Shown here piece by piece: positions 19,161-29,841 of a stretch of DNA of 35,011 nt. Made by a program: the position numbers and the translations under genes. The notes below the pieces were generated by a model. It searched no databases. It saw nothing but the letters and a program-made list of their open reading frames with translations, and was not told the DNA's origin. Location: positions 136,993 to 172,003 of the forward strand of contig BLSG01000122.1 of NCBI GenBank assembly GCA_012862495.1, in the 5' to 3' direction. The stretch comes from Thraustochytrium aureum (Eukaryota). How positions within the stretch are numbered: the first letter of the stretch is position 1; the number at the start of each line of letters is the position of its first letter.

Positions 19161-21959
19161 TGGCCCCAAGGCGGCATTCCGTGGCGCCTCGTTCGATGGC
19201 GCCTTGTCAGCGCTCCCCGCGCTGCCGTAGTCGCCATCACTTGCGCAGGTCTTGTCGTCGGAGTCTCTCCCGCAGTCTGCCGACTCGGAGGCGGCCGGTA
19301 CTGGGTCCAGCGTGAACAGTTCGACAGCCACAGCCTCCGCATTCACGCACTCCAAAGTGTGCATGCTGCGCGTCTTCAGCTCGTCCATCACGGCGTTCCC
19401 CTTGCGAAGCCGAGCATTCGGACTCGAGCGGCGCCGCGATACTTCAACTTGCGAGCCAACAGAGCGTGTTCGGCCAAACCTGTTCTGAGCGGCCAAAGCG
19501 ATGTCTCTCCCGACCGTCTTGCTGCGCACCAGAGCCTCCTCCGACGGGCCTCGAGCGAAAATCGACCTCACGGGCCGGCTTGGCTCGTACTGGGACACTG
19601 GCTTGCGGGCCTCGTGGCGAAAAGCAATGCCCTGCCTGCTCTTGCGCCACGTCTTGGCCCTCGCGCTCTCGTTCTGGTTCTTTGGGCTAGCTGAAGGGCC
19701 GGGGCTCCGCAGCTTTGTTCGCAGAGCTCGCTCGTATCTTGTTTCCGCGAGTGACGCTTGCGGGCTTTGCAGCCCGTCGACCGAACGGTGTGGCCCACGC
19801 TCTTTGTTGGAGCTACGAGGCCCAGACGGGTCCCAGTCTGCTTTCGCGCGCTCCTGGTGTGGGTTGCGAGCGCGCAAAGTTGCCTTGCTACCGGCGGCGG
19901 ACGATCCCGTCAATTCCTTCGGCGCGTCGTCAACGTGGATGCCCCGTCTTCGCGCCATGTCTTGAATAAAGTCCAGGCCAGAAACGCAGGCCAAAAGCGC
20001 CGATGCCTCGTTCTTCTCGCCGCAGTTGCCGCCGCTGCTGGGCGCGTACGAGGGTCTTGGGGGGCTTGCTGGCGCAAAGTCGGGGCCAGGCGCAGTGGGG
20101 TCGCTCCCACGAAACGCGATGGAGGATCTCTCCAACGCTGGACTCTGCATCTCTGTCGACTCCAGGAGCGCCTCGTCACGATCCCACAGTCTTCCGACGA
20201 GAGGCGGGGGCAAAGCGCCAAAAACGAGGACCATCCCGGCCGAGACCTGCATCCGCTCGAGCAAAACCCGTACTTTGTCCCGAGCAGTCGACGAGCACTT
20301 GTTGTGCGGGTACCGTGACATCGCTGCGAGCGCGCAGTGCGCCAAGAGGCCCACAAACCCGCGAAAGGAAAGTCGAGCATCTCGTGGAGCTGTGCTCACG
20401 AGCGAGGGGCCGTCGGGGGCCGCTCGGCGCAAAGCCCGCGGTGAAGCACGCCGAGCAGCTGCCTCAAAGAGGCCTCGCAATTGCGCTTCGCTGATAAAAT
20501 GCGGCGTCAGATCGAACCGTCGAGCAAAATCGAGAAAAGCGGCGCCATTCAGCATCGGAGCGGGCCCGCCGCAACGACCTCCTCGGCATGGCGGCCTCGG
20601 CCTTGGCGAGCCGAGCAAGCCTGGCTCCCGCGAGCGCGTGTTTTGCTCGTCTATGTCGCAGAACAGCACGAAGATGTTTCGAAGCGGCTCTGCGCAATCG
20701 CGGAGGGCTTCGAGCACCTGCTCGTCACCTCTGCATTCGAAGGGAAGAGAATTCGCATCGATAGCCACTGCTGTGTCCGGGTTGCGGCACGAGCATGTCG
20801 ACGACTCGTCGAAAGCCGAGTTGCAGGTCGGAGCCGGCCCGTCCGGTGCCGGCCTTTGCAAGCACGAGTCGATGACGCGCTGCACGGAGGCCTGGAACGG
20901 CACGAATCCGCCCTGGACTCTTGGCTGTTTGGCGGTTGCAGCGGCAAGGCAAGTCACCGCGCTAATAAACTGAGTAAAGTCCAGGTCGTGGGCGAACGCC
21001 ATTTCGTCCGAGAAGGCGTCGGTGTCACTGGCTCCTCTGAGCGCCGGTCCCACAGCACCGGAGGCTTGCTGCATATTCGCGTCACGCAGGCTAAGAGCTG
21101 CTGCAAACGCTCGGGCAACGCCGCGGTCGCTCGGGTCGCAGAGGCCAAAGTCCGCTGCAAATGCTCTGAATCCACCGAAGCAGAGTTTCGTTGACCAAAT
21201 AAACGTTGTCGGTCGCCGAATCATCGTCTCGGTGCGCTTTGACGGTTCGAGCTTGGGGACGGTCGCGCTCAGGCTGCGGCGCCCGCGGCGGGTTCCAGGT
21301 CCGCAACACCAGTGGTGCGCATAGCCATTGTAGACTCTTCGCAAGCTATCAACGCTTTTCTTGTCGAGACGAACCGACTGGGCCGCCTCGAAGGAGCCCA
21401 TGCCTCGGCCGCACTCGCTCTCGCCAGAGCCGGTCGGCAGGCCCTCGCGAGATCGTAGCGGGAGATCGCTGCTAGAAACGGTCTCAACGGTGCCTGTCGA
21501 CACGGTGCCCGCCTCCGAGGTCTCGTCGAGGTCCGCTGACATGTGCTCTGGTGGTAGGGCCTTGTGCACGTCAACGTCGTGGCTCGTGGTTGAACAACCG
21601 GGCCCACCGGCGCGGTCCACCTCTGTTAGAGGAAGAATATGCTCCTTCAGGAGCCTGCCCACGGCGAGCGAAAAGCTGCACTGCTCCGGGTACGCGCCGA
21701 CAGCAACGAGTCCAAGCGCTTGAAGGAATTCGTCAAAGGACATGCCCTCCGTCCCGCGGCTCACGCACGACGAGTACACAATGTCTGATTGTGAGCAGAT
21801 CCGTCGAGCCAGCCCAGAGTCAATCAGAACGCGCGCAAACTTGCTTGGTGACAAATCAAGCGGCGCCGGTGGCCCCAAGGCGCCGTACCGGCAGTACCTT
21901 TCAAATATCCGCTGCAGTGCAATCGCCTGCTCCTTGCCGAGCTCAAACCCTTTCGACAT
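19161..21959 (-). CDS. Large hypothetical protein with degenerate p25alpha/TPPP-like (EF-hand-like) repeats and a disordered C-terminus running into the gap
   Basis: Open frame of about 930 codons from ATG 21959; LQRIFERYC...LSPSKFARVLIDSGL...DIVY...MSFDEFLQALGLVA and LRNIFVLFC...FLDFARRFDLTP...LRGLF...LSFRGFVGLLAHCA resemble p25alpha modules. Confidence 0.6.
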
Positions 21960-22341
21960 GCCTCGTCAGCCTTCGCAGCACCCTTCTGCGAGGCAGCCGC
22001 CCTGGCGCACCAGACCAGAGCCCGTCGCGAAGCGCCAGTCTACTCCAGCTCGACGCCCGCGTCCCCCAGCTCCTCCAGCGGCCACCGGGAGCCCCTGGGG
22101 GCCTCTGGGAGCCTGGCCGCAAACCGAGAAATGGGTTTGAGGTGAGGGACAGGTTTCTGCTGTCGAAGCTCTGACAAGCCGGCACGCAGCAGTGGCACGT
22201 GCGCGATGCGGCCTGTCCTGCTCGTGCGCCACGCCTCTATCGCTGCGCCCTTCGCGGCCGGCCCAGGCTGGCGTCAAACGCGGTCTGCCGCACGCGCTCG
22301 CCCGAGTCAGAATGTCCGTTGACCGTTTTACCCCGCGCGTA

Positions 22342-22372
22342 GGTTAGGGCGTGGGTTAGGGCGTGGGTTAGG
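22342..22372 (+). repeat. 12-bp tandem repeat GGTTAGGGCGTG (about 2.6 copies) containing TTAGGG
   Basis: GGTTAGGGCGTG GGTTAGGGCGTG GGTTAGG read directly. Confidence 0.9.
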
Positions 22373-22513
22373 TTGACGCATTTGGGCGGGAACAGGCGCC
22401 GAAGCCGTGGGACGATGGATCGATCGATCAATCGATCAATTGGCGACAGTGGGCAAGTCGCGGAGGCAGGCTTGCGCTGGCAGGCCAGAGTCGCGCGAGA
22501 TCAGGGAGCAGAG

Positions 22514-23215
22514 ATGGGGACGTACGTGGAAGTTCGCGCTGAGCTGCTGGTGCTTGAGGAGAAGAAGAGGCGCATCGTGGAGGAGGCGGAGGCGCTCCTG
22601 CAAGTCCTCGACTCGCCTGGCCCGAACGGGGCTCCCGCTGTCGGGCTCACTGGCAGGCTTGTGGACGAGGAAGGGTTCCCGAGAGCTGATGTTGACGTGT
22701 ACGAGATTCGAAAGCATCGGCACCGGCTGGCGTGCCTGCGCACGGACCGCAAGGAGGTCGAGGCGCAGATTGTGGCCAAGCTGCACGAGATCCATGGGCT
22801 GATCGCGGCGGGTCAAGGCCCCGAGGAGAGGCTTACCGAGAAGAATGAAGGCGCGCAGCCAGAGCCCCACTCGCCGCCTCAAGCCCAGCCCGGTGCTGCG
22901 GCGCAGGTGGCCGCTGGCGACGATCTGGCGCCTTTCGCGGTGGTCGACACCGTGATGGACCGATCGCCAGCCGAGGAAGCCGGTCTCTGCGCGAATGACC
23001 GGATTTTGCGTTTTGGCAGCGTGCAGTGGGTTGGAGGCGGCTCTGGGGCGCCGCCACAACTGACGGACCTCGCTGCCGAAGTTGGCGGCAATATGAACCA
23101 GCCGATTCAGGTGCTTGTGCTCCGCGGTGGTTCGCGCGTGGCGCTGTCACTTGTGCCGCGCCAGTGGGAGGGTCGTGGCGCGCTTGGCTGCCACTTGCTG
23201 CCCGTGCCGCAGTAG
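22514..23215 (+). CDS. PSMD9: 26S proteasome regulatory particle assembly chaperone p27/Nas2 (coiled coil plus PDZ)
   Basis: LVDEEGFPRADVDVYEIRKHRHRLACLRTD (Nas2 N domain); PFAVVDTV..SPAEEAGL...DRILRFGSV and LVPRQWEGRGALGCHLLP (PDZ). ATG at 22514, TAG at 23213-23215. Confidence 0.95.
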   Translation: MGTYVEVRAELLVLEEKKRRIVEEAEALLQVLDSPGPNGAPAVGLTGRLVDEEGFPRADVDVYEIRKHRHRLACLRTDRKEVEAQIVAKLHEIHGLIAAGQGPEERLTEKNEGAQPEPHSPPQAQPGAAAQVAAGDDLAPFAVVDTVMDRSPAEEAGLCANDRILRFGSVQWVGGGSGAPPQLTDLAAEVGGNMNQPIQVLVLRGGSRVALSLVPRQWEGRGALGCHLLPVPQ

Positions 23216-23948
23216 CGCTGGTGAGAGTGTTCTGGCCTGTCTTGGACATATATGCTCTGTGCAAGGCAGCGAATGCGGCGCGGAGCCGCGGAGCGAGCGG
23301 GCGGTGGTGCTCTGAGCAATCAGAAGTTTGCGCCATGGCCCGACCGTAACAGGCGCAACCGACTCGNNNNNNNNNNNNNNNNNNNNNNNNNNNNNNNNNN
23401 NNNNNNNNNNNNNNNNNNNNNNNNNNNNNNNNNNNNNNNNNNNNNNNNNNNNNNNNNNNNNNNNNNNNNNNNNNNNNNNNNNNNNNNNNNNNNNNNNNNN
23501 NNNNNNNNNNNNNNNNNNNNNNNNNNNNNNNNNNNNNNNNNNNNNNNNNNNNNNNNNNNNNNNNNNNNNNNNNNNNNNNNNNNNNNNNNNNNNNNNNNNN
23601 NNNNNNNNNNNNNNNNNNNNNNNNNNNNNNNNNNNNNNNNNNNNNNNNNNNNNNNNNNNNNNNNNNNNNNNNNNNNNNNNNNNNNNNNNNNNNNNNNNNN
23701 NNNNNNNNNNNNNNNNNNNNNNNNNNNNNNNNNNNNNNNNNNNNGAGGCGAGGCGCACAAGTAGGGACGGCGTACGAAATGGAAGCGTTTCGCGTGGGAC
23801 CTAGAATACCTAGTGCATTGTTGTTGTTTTGTTGTTGTTGATGATGATTTTATTTTGGCGTGCAGCCCGACTCCGGAAACAGATCACAGCTCCTGTTCTG
23901 GAAACCCCGAGCGACGGCAGCTGCGTCGACAACAGAGCCCGTCGGCGG

Positions 23949-24815
23949 TCACTTGGAGCTGAAGCCCTTGGCGAGCTGCATCTGCGCGCCCGACCAGTCC
24001 ATCTTTTGGCGCGTAATTGGAAGAACGCGGCGCATGTCTTTGAAGGTCTCCTTGGACATGTTGACGTACATCTCCTCAAGCGACTCTTGCACGAGCCCTT
24101 CCTGTGTGCTGACAGCCTTGCGCACAGCGGCTGCGAGCGAGTCCGCGTCGGCGAAGGAGAGGCGGACGTTATCGACGCTCTTCTCGGTAGTCATCTGCAC
24201 GTTGCCGTCCTCAAAGTAGTGGATGCGCAGCTTGACGGAGCCGTCGAGCTTTTTGCTCTCCAAGTCTGCCACGTACTTTGCCTGCCAGCGACCGCCCCAA
24301 AAGTTCTTCAAGTTGAGCTTTTCGCCAGAGATGAGCGCGACCAGGCTCTCGCCCTTGATGGCCACGTTGACCACCGTGGTCCCCTTGACGTACTGCGACG
24401 CGACGTAGCTGGTCAGCTCGGCCTCAACGGCCTCGCGGAACTCGCGCAGCTCGGCTGGGGCGTCCACGGGAGCGACCTCGCTGGCGTCCTCGTCGACAAT
24501 CGCTTGCGCCACTTGGTCCACCTTGACGACGCGCCCGCTCGAAAAGTCCATGTAGTGCTCGGCGTCGATCTCGGTGGCCTCGTCGCACACCACGGTGCGG
24601 CTCCCCGAAGTCAGCACCTGGTTGCTAGAGTTGTTGTATCGGCGGAACACGCCGGACAGCACGTCGTCGGTCAGGACGCCGGGGCAGAGCGTCTTGACGT
24701 CCGCAAGCACCTCCTTTATCTCGCCCGGCGGGGCCGAGAGCAAAAACTGCGACGCGATCGCGAGCTTCTCCTCCGCGGAGATCTCCTCAATCCCTTCCTC
24801 CGCAAAGGCAGCCAT
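23949..24815 (-). CDS. CAPZA: F-actin capping protein alpha subunit
   Basis: EEKLAIASQFLLSAPPGEIKEVLADV, NLKNFWGGRW, IHYFEDGNVQ, FKDMRRVLPITRQKMDW; complete 288-aa ORF. Confidence 0.96.
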   Translation of the reverse strand: MAAFAEEGIEEISAEEKLAIASQFLLSAPPGEIKEVLADVKTLCPGVLTDDVLSGVFRRYNNSSNQVLTSGSRTVVCDEATEIDAEHYMDFSSGRVVKVDQVAQAIVDEDASEVAPVDAPAELREFREAVEAELTSYVASQYVKGTTVVNVAIKGESLVALISGEKLNLKNFWGGRWQAKYVADLESKKLDGSVKLRIHYFEDGNVQMTTEKSVDNVRLSFADADSLAAAVRKAVSTQEGLVQESLEEMYVNMSKETFKDMRRVLPITRQKMDWSGAQMQLAKGFSSK

Positions 24816-25490
24816 CGCGCCGCNNNNNNNNNNNNNNNNNNNNNNNNNNNNNNNNNNNNNNNNNNNNNNNNNNNNNNNNNNNNNNNNNNNNNNNNNNNNN
24901 NNNNNNNNNNNNNNNNNNNNNNNNNNNNNNNNNNNNNNNNNNNNNNNNNNNNNNNNNNNNNNNNNNNNNNNNNNNNNNNNNNNNNNNNNNNNNNNNNNNN
25001 NNNNNNNNNNNNNNNNNNNNNNNNNNNNNNNNNNNNNNNNNNNNNNNNNNNNNNNNNNNNNNNNNNNNNNNNNNNNNNNNNNNNNNNNNNNNNNNNNNNN
25101 NNNNNNNNNNNNNNNNNNNNNNNNNNNNNNNNNNNNNNNNNNNNNNNNNNNNNNNNNNNNNNNNNNNNNNNNNNNNNNNNNNNNNNNNNNNNNNNNNNNN
25201 NNNNNNNNNNNNNNNNNNNNNNNNNNNNNNNNNNNNNNNNNNNNNNNNNNNNNNNNNNNNNNNNNNNNNNNNNNNNNNNNNNNNNNNNNNNNNNNNNNNN
25301 NNNNNNNNNNNNNNNNNNNNNNNNNNNNNNNNNNNNNNNNNNNNNNNNNNNNNNNNNNNNNNNNNNNNNNNNNNNNNNNNNNNNNNNNNNNNNNNNNNNN
25401 NNNNNNNNNNNNNNNNNNNNNNNNNNNNNNNNNNNNNNNNNNNNNNNACCTGTCGAGTTGTGGGCTTGGGTCCGGCAAGGCGGCCGCCCG

Positions 25491-26978
25491 ATGGAGGACG
25501 ATGCGCCATGGCCGGCGCCGGAAATGTGCCTCGCTGTCGCGGCCATGTACAAGAGGCTGCGGGAGTGCAGCTCTGCGGCCGGCGGTGCGCGCGTTGAGGA
25601 GCTTGGGGATGCCGGGGTTGCTGTGGATGTCAAGTGGACGCAGACGGACCTGAAGCGGTTTCAGGAGGTCCAGTCCGTGGAAAGGTTTCTTGTGACCAAG
25701 GAAGGGCAGGCCGTGCGGCTGGGGCGCCTGCCGCAAGAGGCCGAAGGGGCAGGCGTTGCGGTGCAGAGCACGAGCCCGTCGGGAGCAGTCAGCGTGAGGT
25801 TTCGCAAAGGGGCGAAGGACGATGGTGAGCTGTGGGCGGAGGTATGGCGCGCTGGGTGGGGCCTGGTGCAGAGCGCCAAGGTGAGCGACAAAGTGGCCTT
25901 TGTGTACAACGACGCCATGTTTGGCGGCATCGAGTGGAGCGTCGCGGAAGATCGCGTGGTTTTCGTTGCGGAGTGCCCGGCGCCCAAAAAATACAAGAGC
26001 TACTTTGAACGCGACAAGGCGGACACGACCGCGGACAAAGCCGACACGGCCGCGGACAAAGCCGACACGGCCGCCGAGCCCTGGTACGACGCCAAGTTTT
26101 CCAGCAAAGAATCGTTTGGAGAGACGCTAGACAACAAGGTGAAACCTGGTATTTTCGTGCTGGACCTGGCGGACGCCAGCGTGGCGCAGGTCCGACTCGC
26201 GACGCCAACGAACAGAGTGGTCCCACAGCAACCCCGGTTCGACGCCGGCGGCGGGATTGTCTTCCAGGGCCTTCACCTGGCCGGGAAGAAACTTGGTCTG
26301 AGCTTTTGCCTCAACAAGAAGACGGCGCTCTACCGCATTGCAGTGCCTTCGTTGGTTGGCAGCGCCAAAAGCAACGCTGGCGAGCTTCCGGAGGCAGCGC
26401 GCCCGGTGAGCCTGACGGGCGACGGGATATTCCTAGCTTTCAACGCTCGATTCTGCGCAGACCGCTCCAGGCTTGCGTTTCTGGGCACCACAAAGTCCTT
26501 CCAGTCGCACAGCACAGCTTACGACTTGTTTGTGATCGAGGTGGACGAGAGCGGGGCGCCGCGCGGGCCCCCGCAGCTTGTGCTGGCGAGCCCTGAGGGC
26601 ATCCCGAGCGAGGAGGACGACTTTGGTGGGTTGTACGGGTACCAGGCCACGCTCACGGAGGCCGGGTTTGTCGGGAACAGCCGATCGGCCTTTGTGCTTC
26701 AGTCCCCCTCGCGCGGCCGAAACCGCGTGCTTCTTGTCGACGTGGACGCGAAGACGGCCCAGGCGCTCCGCGCGCCTGGCCTCGACAGCCCGGCGGGCGA
26801 GTATGACCTGCTTCGGCTGCGCGGGGACGTCGCTGTCGTCGCTCACTCGAGCTTCAACTGCCCGCAGACCGTGTACGCGGTTCTGTTGCAAGATGCCGTG
26901 GCAGGATCTGCGCGTTTCGTCGAGCTCACTAGTGTGCGCGCCCGGCTAGAGTCGGAGCCGCAGCTGTCCAAGGCTCTT
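25491..26978 (+). CDS. APEH: Acylaminoacyl peptidase (S9C family) N-terminal beta-propeller region; catalytic domain presumably in gap
   Basis: VYNDAMFGGIEWS..EDRVVFVAE, ESFGETL, KLGLSFCLNK, ARF..D.SRLAFL, FGGLY resemble the APEH propeller. The GxSxGG nucleophile motif is not visible. Confidence 0.78.
26013..26075 (+). repeat. In-frame 21-bp x3 coding repeat (DKADTTA-DKADTAA-DKADTAA) in the peptidase
   Basis: GACAAGGCGGACACGACCGCG / GACAAAGCCGACACGGCCGCG / GACAAAGCCGACACGGCCGCC. Confidence 0.9.
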
Positions 26979-27633
26979 NNNNNNNNNNNNNNNNNNNNNN
27001 NNNNNNNNNNNNNNNNNNNNNNNNNNNNNNNNNNNNNNNNNNNNNNNNNNNNNNNNNNNNNNNNNNNNNNNNNNNNNNNNNNNNNNNNNNNNNNNNNNNN
27101 NNNNNNNNNNNNNNNNNNNNNNNNNNNNNNNNNNNNNNNNNNNNNNNNNNNNNNNNNNNNNNNNNNNNNNNNNNNNNNNNNNNNNNNNNNNNNNNNNNNN
27201 NNNNNNNNNNNNNNNNNNNNNNNNNNNNNNNNNNNNNNNNNNNNNNNNNNNNNNNNNNNNNNNNNNNNNNNNNNNNNNNNNNNNNNNNNNNNNNNNNNNN
27301 NNNNNNNNNNNNNNNNNNNNNNNNNNNNNNNNNNNNNNNNNNNNNNNNNNNNNNNNNNNNNNNNNNNNNNNNNNNNNNNNNNNNNNNNNNNNNNNNNNNN
27401 NNNNNNNNNNNNNNNNNNNNNNNNNNNNNNNNNNNNNNNNNNNNNNNNNNNNNNNNNNNNNNNNNNNNNNNNNNNNNNNNNNNNNNNNNNNNNNNNNNNN
27501 NNNNNNNNNNNNNNNNNNNNNNNNNNNNNNNNNNNNNNNNNNNNNNNNNNNNNNNNNNNNNNNNNNNNNNNNNNNNNNNNNNNNNNNNNNNNNNNNNATT
27601 TTGCATTGACATGTGAGTTGCGGGCCGGCCTAC

Positions 27634-28678
27634 CTATTTGCCCGCCCAGCGTGCCTCGAACTCGTCCATGCCGCGAGAGCGCTGTGCCCCGCGGCTGAGC
27701 ATCGCCGCTCTGAGAGCAGCGAGGTCGCCGTCGTACTCGGCCTCAACCGAGGCACTAGGCTCGCTTTTCTTCCGCTTCGGGTTGGGCCCAGAAGGAGATT
27801 TGGCAGGCTTGGTGGCGGCAGCGGACTTGCGCTTTGCCGCTTTCGAGGAGGCCTTGATTTTGCTTACGCAAACGTGGGCCTCTGCTACGCCATCCTCGAC
27901 GTACCCGTCGTCGTCAAACTCGATCTTGTACTTGCGGGCGGATGGATCGGCCTCGAGCACGACGCCTCTGAAGTACTTGGGGCCTTTGCGCCAGCGCGCA
28001 TCGACGGCCTGGCCGACCTGAAACTTGAGCGGAGGGCTGTCGTCCTCGTCCTCTTCGTCACCATCCTCGTGGTCGCTGTTGCGACCCTCCGCGCCGGCCT
28101 CAAAGACGCCTTCGAGGTCATCTCCGTCGTCCTGGTCCTCGTCGCCGCTGCCTGCTCGGGCAGCGCCTTCACCTTCGCTGTCTTCGCTGGCAATGAAGTC
28201 GTCGTCGTCGTCGTCCTCCTCCTCGCCATCCTCGCCATCGCTCACGTCATTTTCTCCGTCGCCGTCCTCATCCCCGTCGCTCTCCGAGTCAATCTCCTCG
28301 CTGCCCTCGAGCTGCTCAATCGTGTGAATGCCGTCCTTGGTTTCGAGGAAGCGCTGCACGAGGTTCTCGTCCTCCACTTTGCCGCTGGCGATGGCAGCTT
28401 CGAAGAAGGCGACGAAGCGCGGGATGTCCTCGTCTTTGGACCCGATGATGTGGGCCAAGATCGTGGTCATGTCGCCGGAGCGCTCCACAAAGTAGTGCAT
28501 CAAGTCACGCTCCTCCTGAGCGCTGCCGTGGAACTTGGAGAGGTAGTCTTGTATATCATGCTCTGAGATCTCGACGGTCTTGTAGCGTTCGTAGGCTTGC
28601 CAGAAGCTGCTGGATTGCTCCTCCCCGACAGCCCCGGTGCGATCATAGTGCTTGCGCTTAATGGGGTCCTTGAGAATC
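27634..28678 (-). CDS. DNAJC9-like protein, exon 2 (DNAJC9 middle domain, acidic tract, Tudor domain, C-terminal helix); spliced product 429 aa
   Basis: ISEHDIQDYLSKFHGSAQEERDL...GDMTTIL..I....EDIPRF..FFEAAIASGKV and terminal DLAALRAAMLSR...MDEFEARW match DNAJC9-type proteins; FQVGQAVDARW...YFRGVV...YKIEFDD is Tudor-like. Confidence 0.85.
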
Positions 28679-28771
28679 CTGCGCAGCAGGTCGAGGCGCG
28701 GTGGCGCGAGCAGATGGGTCAGCGTGCCACGGCTCTCGCCTGCGCTGCGTCGTCGTTTTGCTTCAACTTAC
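28679..28771 (-). other. 93-nt spliceosomal GT-AG intron
   Basis: Minus strand GA|GTAAGT...GCTGACC (branch-like, about 28717-28723)...CTGCTGCGCAG|G; splicing restores J-domain EAYEILKDPIKRKHYDRTG in frame with the downstream ORF. Confidence 0.92.
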
Positions 28772-29016
28772 TCGTAGGCTTCCTGCAGCGCTTTAAAGTT
28801 GTCCACCGCGGAAGGGTCATCAAGATTCTTGTCCGGGTGGACCTTGAGCGCCATTGCAAAATAGGCTTTGCGAATCTCCTTCTCCGTCGCGTTGCGCTCG
28901 ACGTGCATCAGGCCATAAAGGTCGACGCTGCCCTTCGCCCGGCCCTTCGCAGCGCCGCCTTTCGCCTTGCCTGCCGGGTCTTTGGCAGCCTTGCCGTCTG
29001 CGGTCGCATCCGCCAT
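28772..29016 (-). CDS. DNAJC9-like J-domain protein, exon 1
   Basis: ATG 29016; DLYGLMHVERNATEKEIRKAYFAMALKVHPDKN...FKALQEAY (HPD motif); ends at a phase-2 GTAAGT donor. Confidence 0.92.
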
Positions 29017-29243
29017 GCTTTGGCCAAGAAGAAAAGAAAAGGAGTAAACGCCCCGATCCGTGCAGTCAGGTCTTCCCGCCAACGTGGACACCAGCACCCG
29101 CGCAGCCCCAGCTCCAGCGCCGCGCCCGCCCGCCCGCCCGCCCGAGGCCTTTAGTCTCTTGGTCGTCTGTCCTCCGTCTGGTCTTCTTTTCTTTTCTTTT
29201 CTTTTCTTCATTCATTCATGAACAGAAATTCAAACACGCAATT

Positions 29244-29473
29244 GACCCTCTATAATTAAATCCCTCCACCTTACCGCGGGCCTTCCTCCAACATAGAGGG
29301 AAGACCCTCTATTGACGCGACTCGCACGCTGGTTCCATGGCGAGCAAAATTATAGAGGGTCGGCCCTCTATAGCCAGTCACTGCGTGCCCACGGCTGGTT
29401 TTCCCCAATTTGAGGGTCACCCGCTGTCACGAACCGCTGTACCGGAAATACATGGGAGGCAACAAATAGAGGG
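29244..29473. promoter_or_regulatory. Cluster of ATAGAGGG/CCCTCTAT motifs forming palindromes between the divergent DnaJ and lipase genes
   Basis: Octamer copies at 29246(-), 29293(+), 29305(-), 29352(+), 29364(-), 29466(+). Regulatory role is inferred from position only. Confidence 0.5.
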
Positions 29474-29618
29474 GCAGGTTCGCGATGCGTTCCTGTGGAG
29501 GTGCACACCTGCGGGGCGCGTGCCTGGGGTGTGCGCCACGGACATCAATTCGCGAGTCAGGCCACATCATACTCTAGCTAGAGTACCACTGCGCGTCTCG
29601 TCAACACCACCAGAGCCG

Positions 29619-29658
29619 CAGCAGCAGCAGCAGCAGCAGCGGCAGCAGCAGCAGCAGC
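29619..29658 (+). repeat. (CAG)n microsatellite upstream of the lipase
   Basis: About 13 CAG units with one CGG interruption. Confidence 0.9.
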
Positions 29659-29841
29659 GGCTGCAGGTGACGACAAAGGCGACGGAGACAAAGAGGACGA
29701 CAAAGACGGCGACGATTTGCTGTGCCGTGCGCGTGCGGGCGCGGGGTGCGGGCCTTTTGGGGTTTGGGTCGCAGCTTGCTCCAGTCCGCCGCTGTTGCGG
29801 CTTGAAGGCCGCGCGAAGGCGGACGGCCACGGCGCGGCACG

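Noticed and set aside
22342..22372. True telomere or chromosome-fusion scar
   Set aside because: Only two full TTAGGG units, interrupted by CGTGGG, inside a gene-dense region.
412..27698. Very long ORFs running through N-gaps (e.g. 412-2391, 5565-8738, 17970-21959, 23829-27698) suggesting gene fusions
   Set aside because: Artefacts of translating Ns as X; the two sides are different genes or unrelated frames.
29244..29473. CRISPR-like or rho-independent terminator reading of the palindromic repeats
   Set aside because: Eukaryotic context (spliceosomal intron, capping protein, COG1), irregular spacing, repeats only 8-14 bp, no cas genes.
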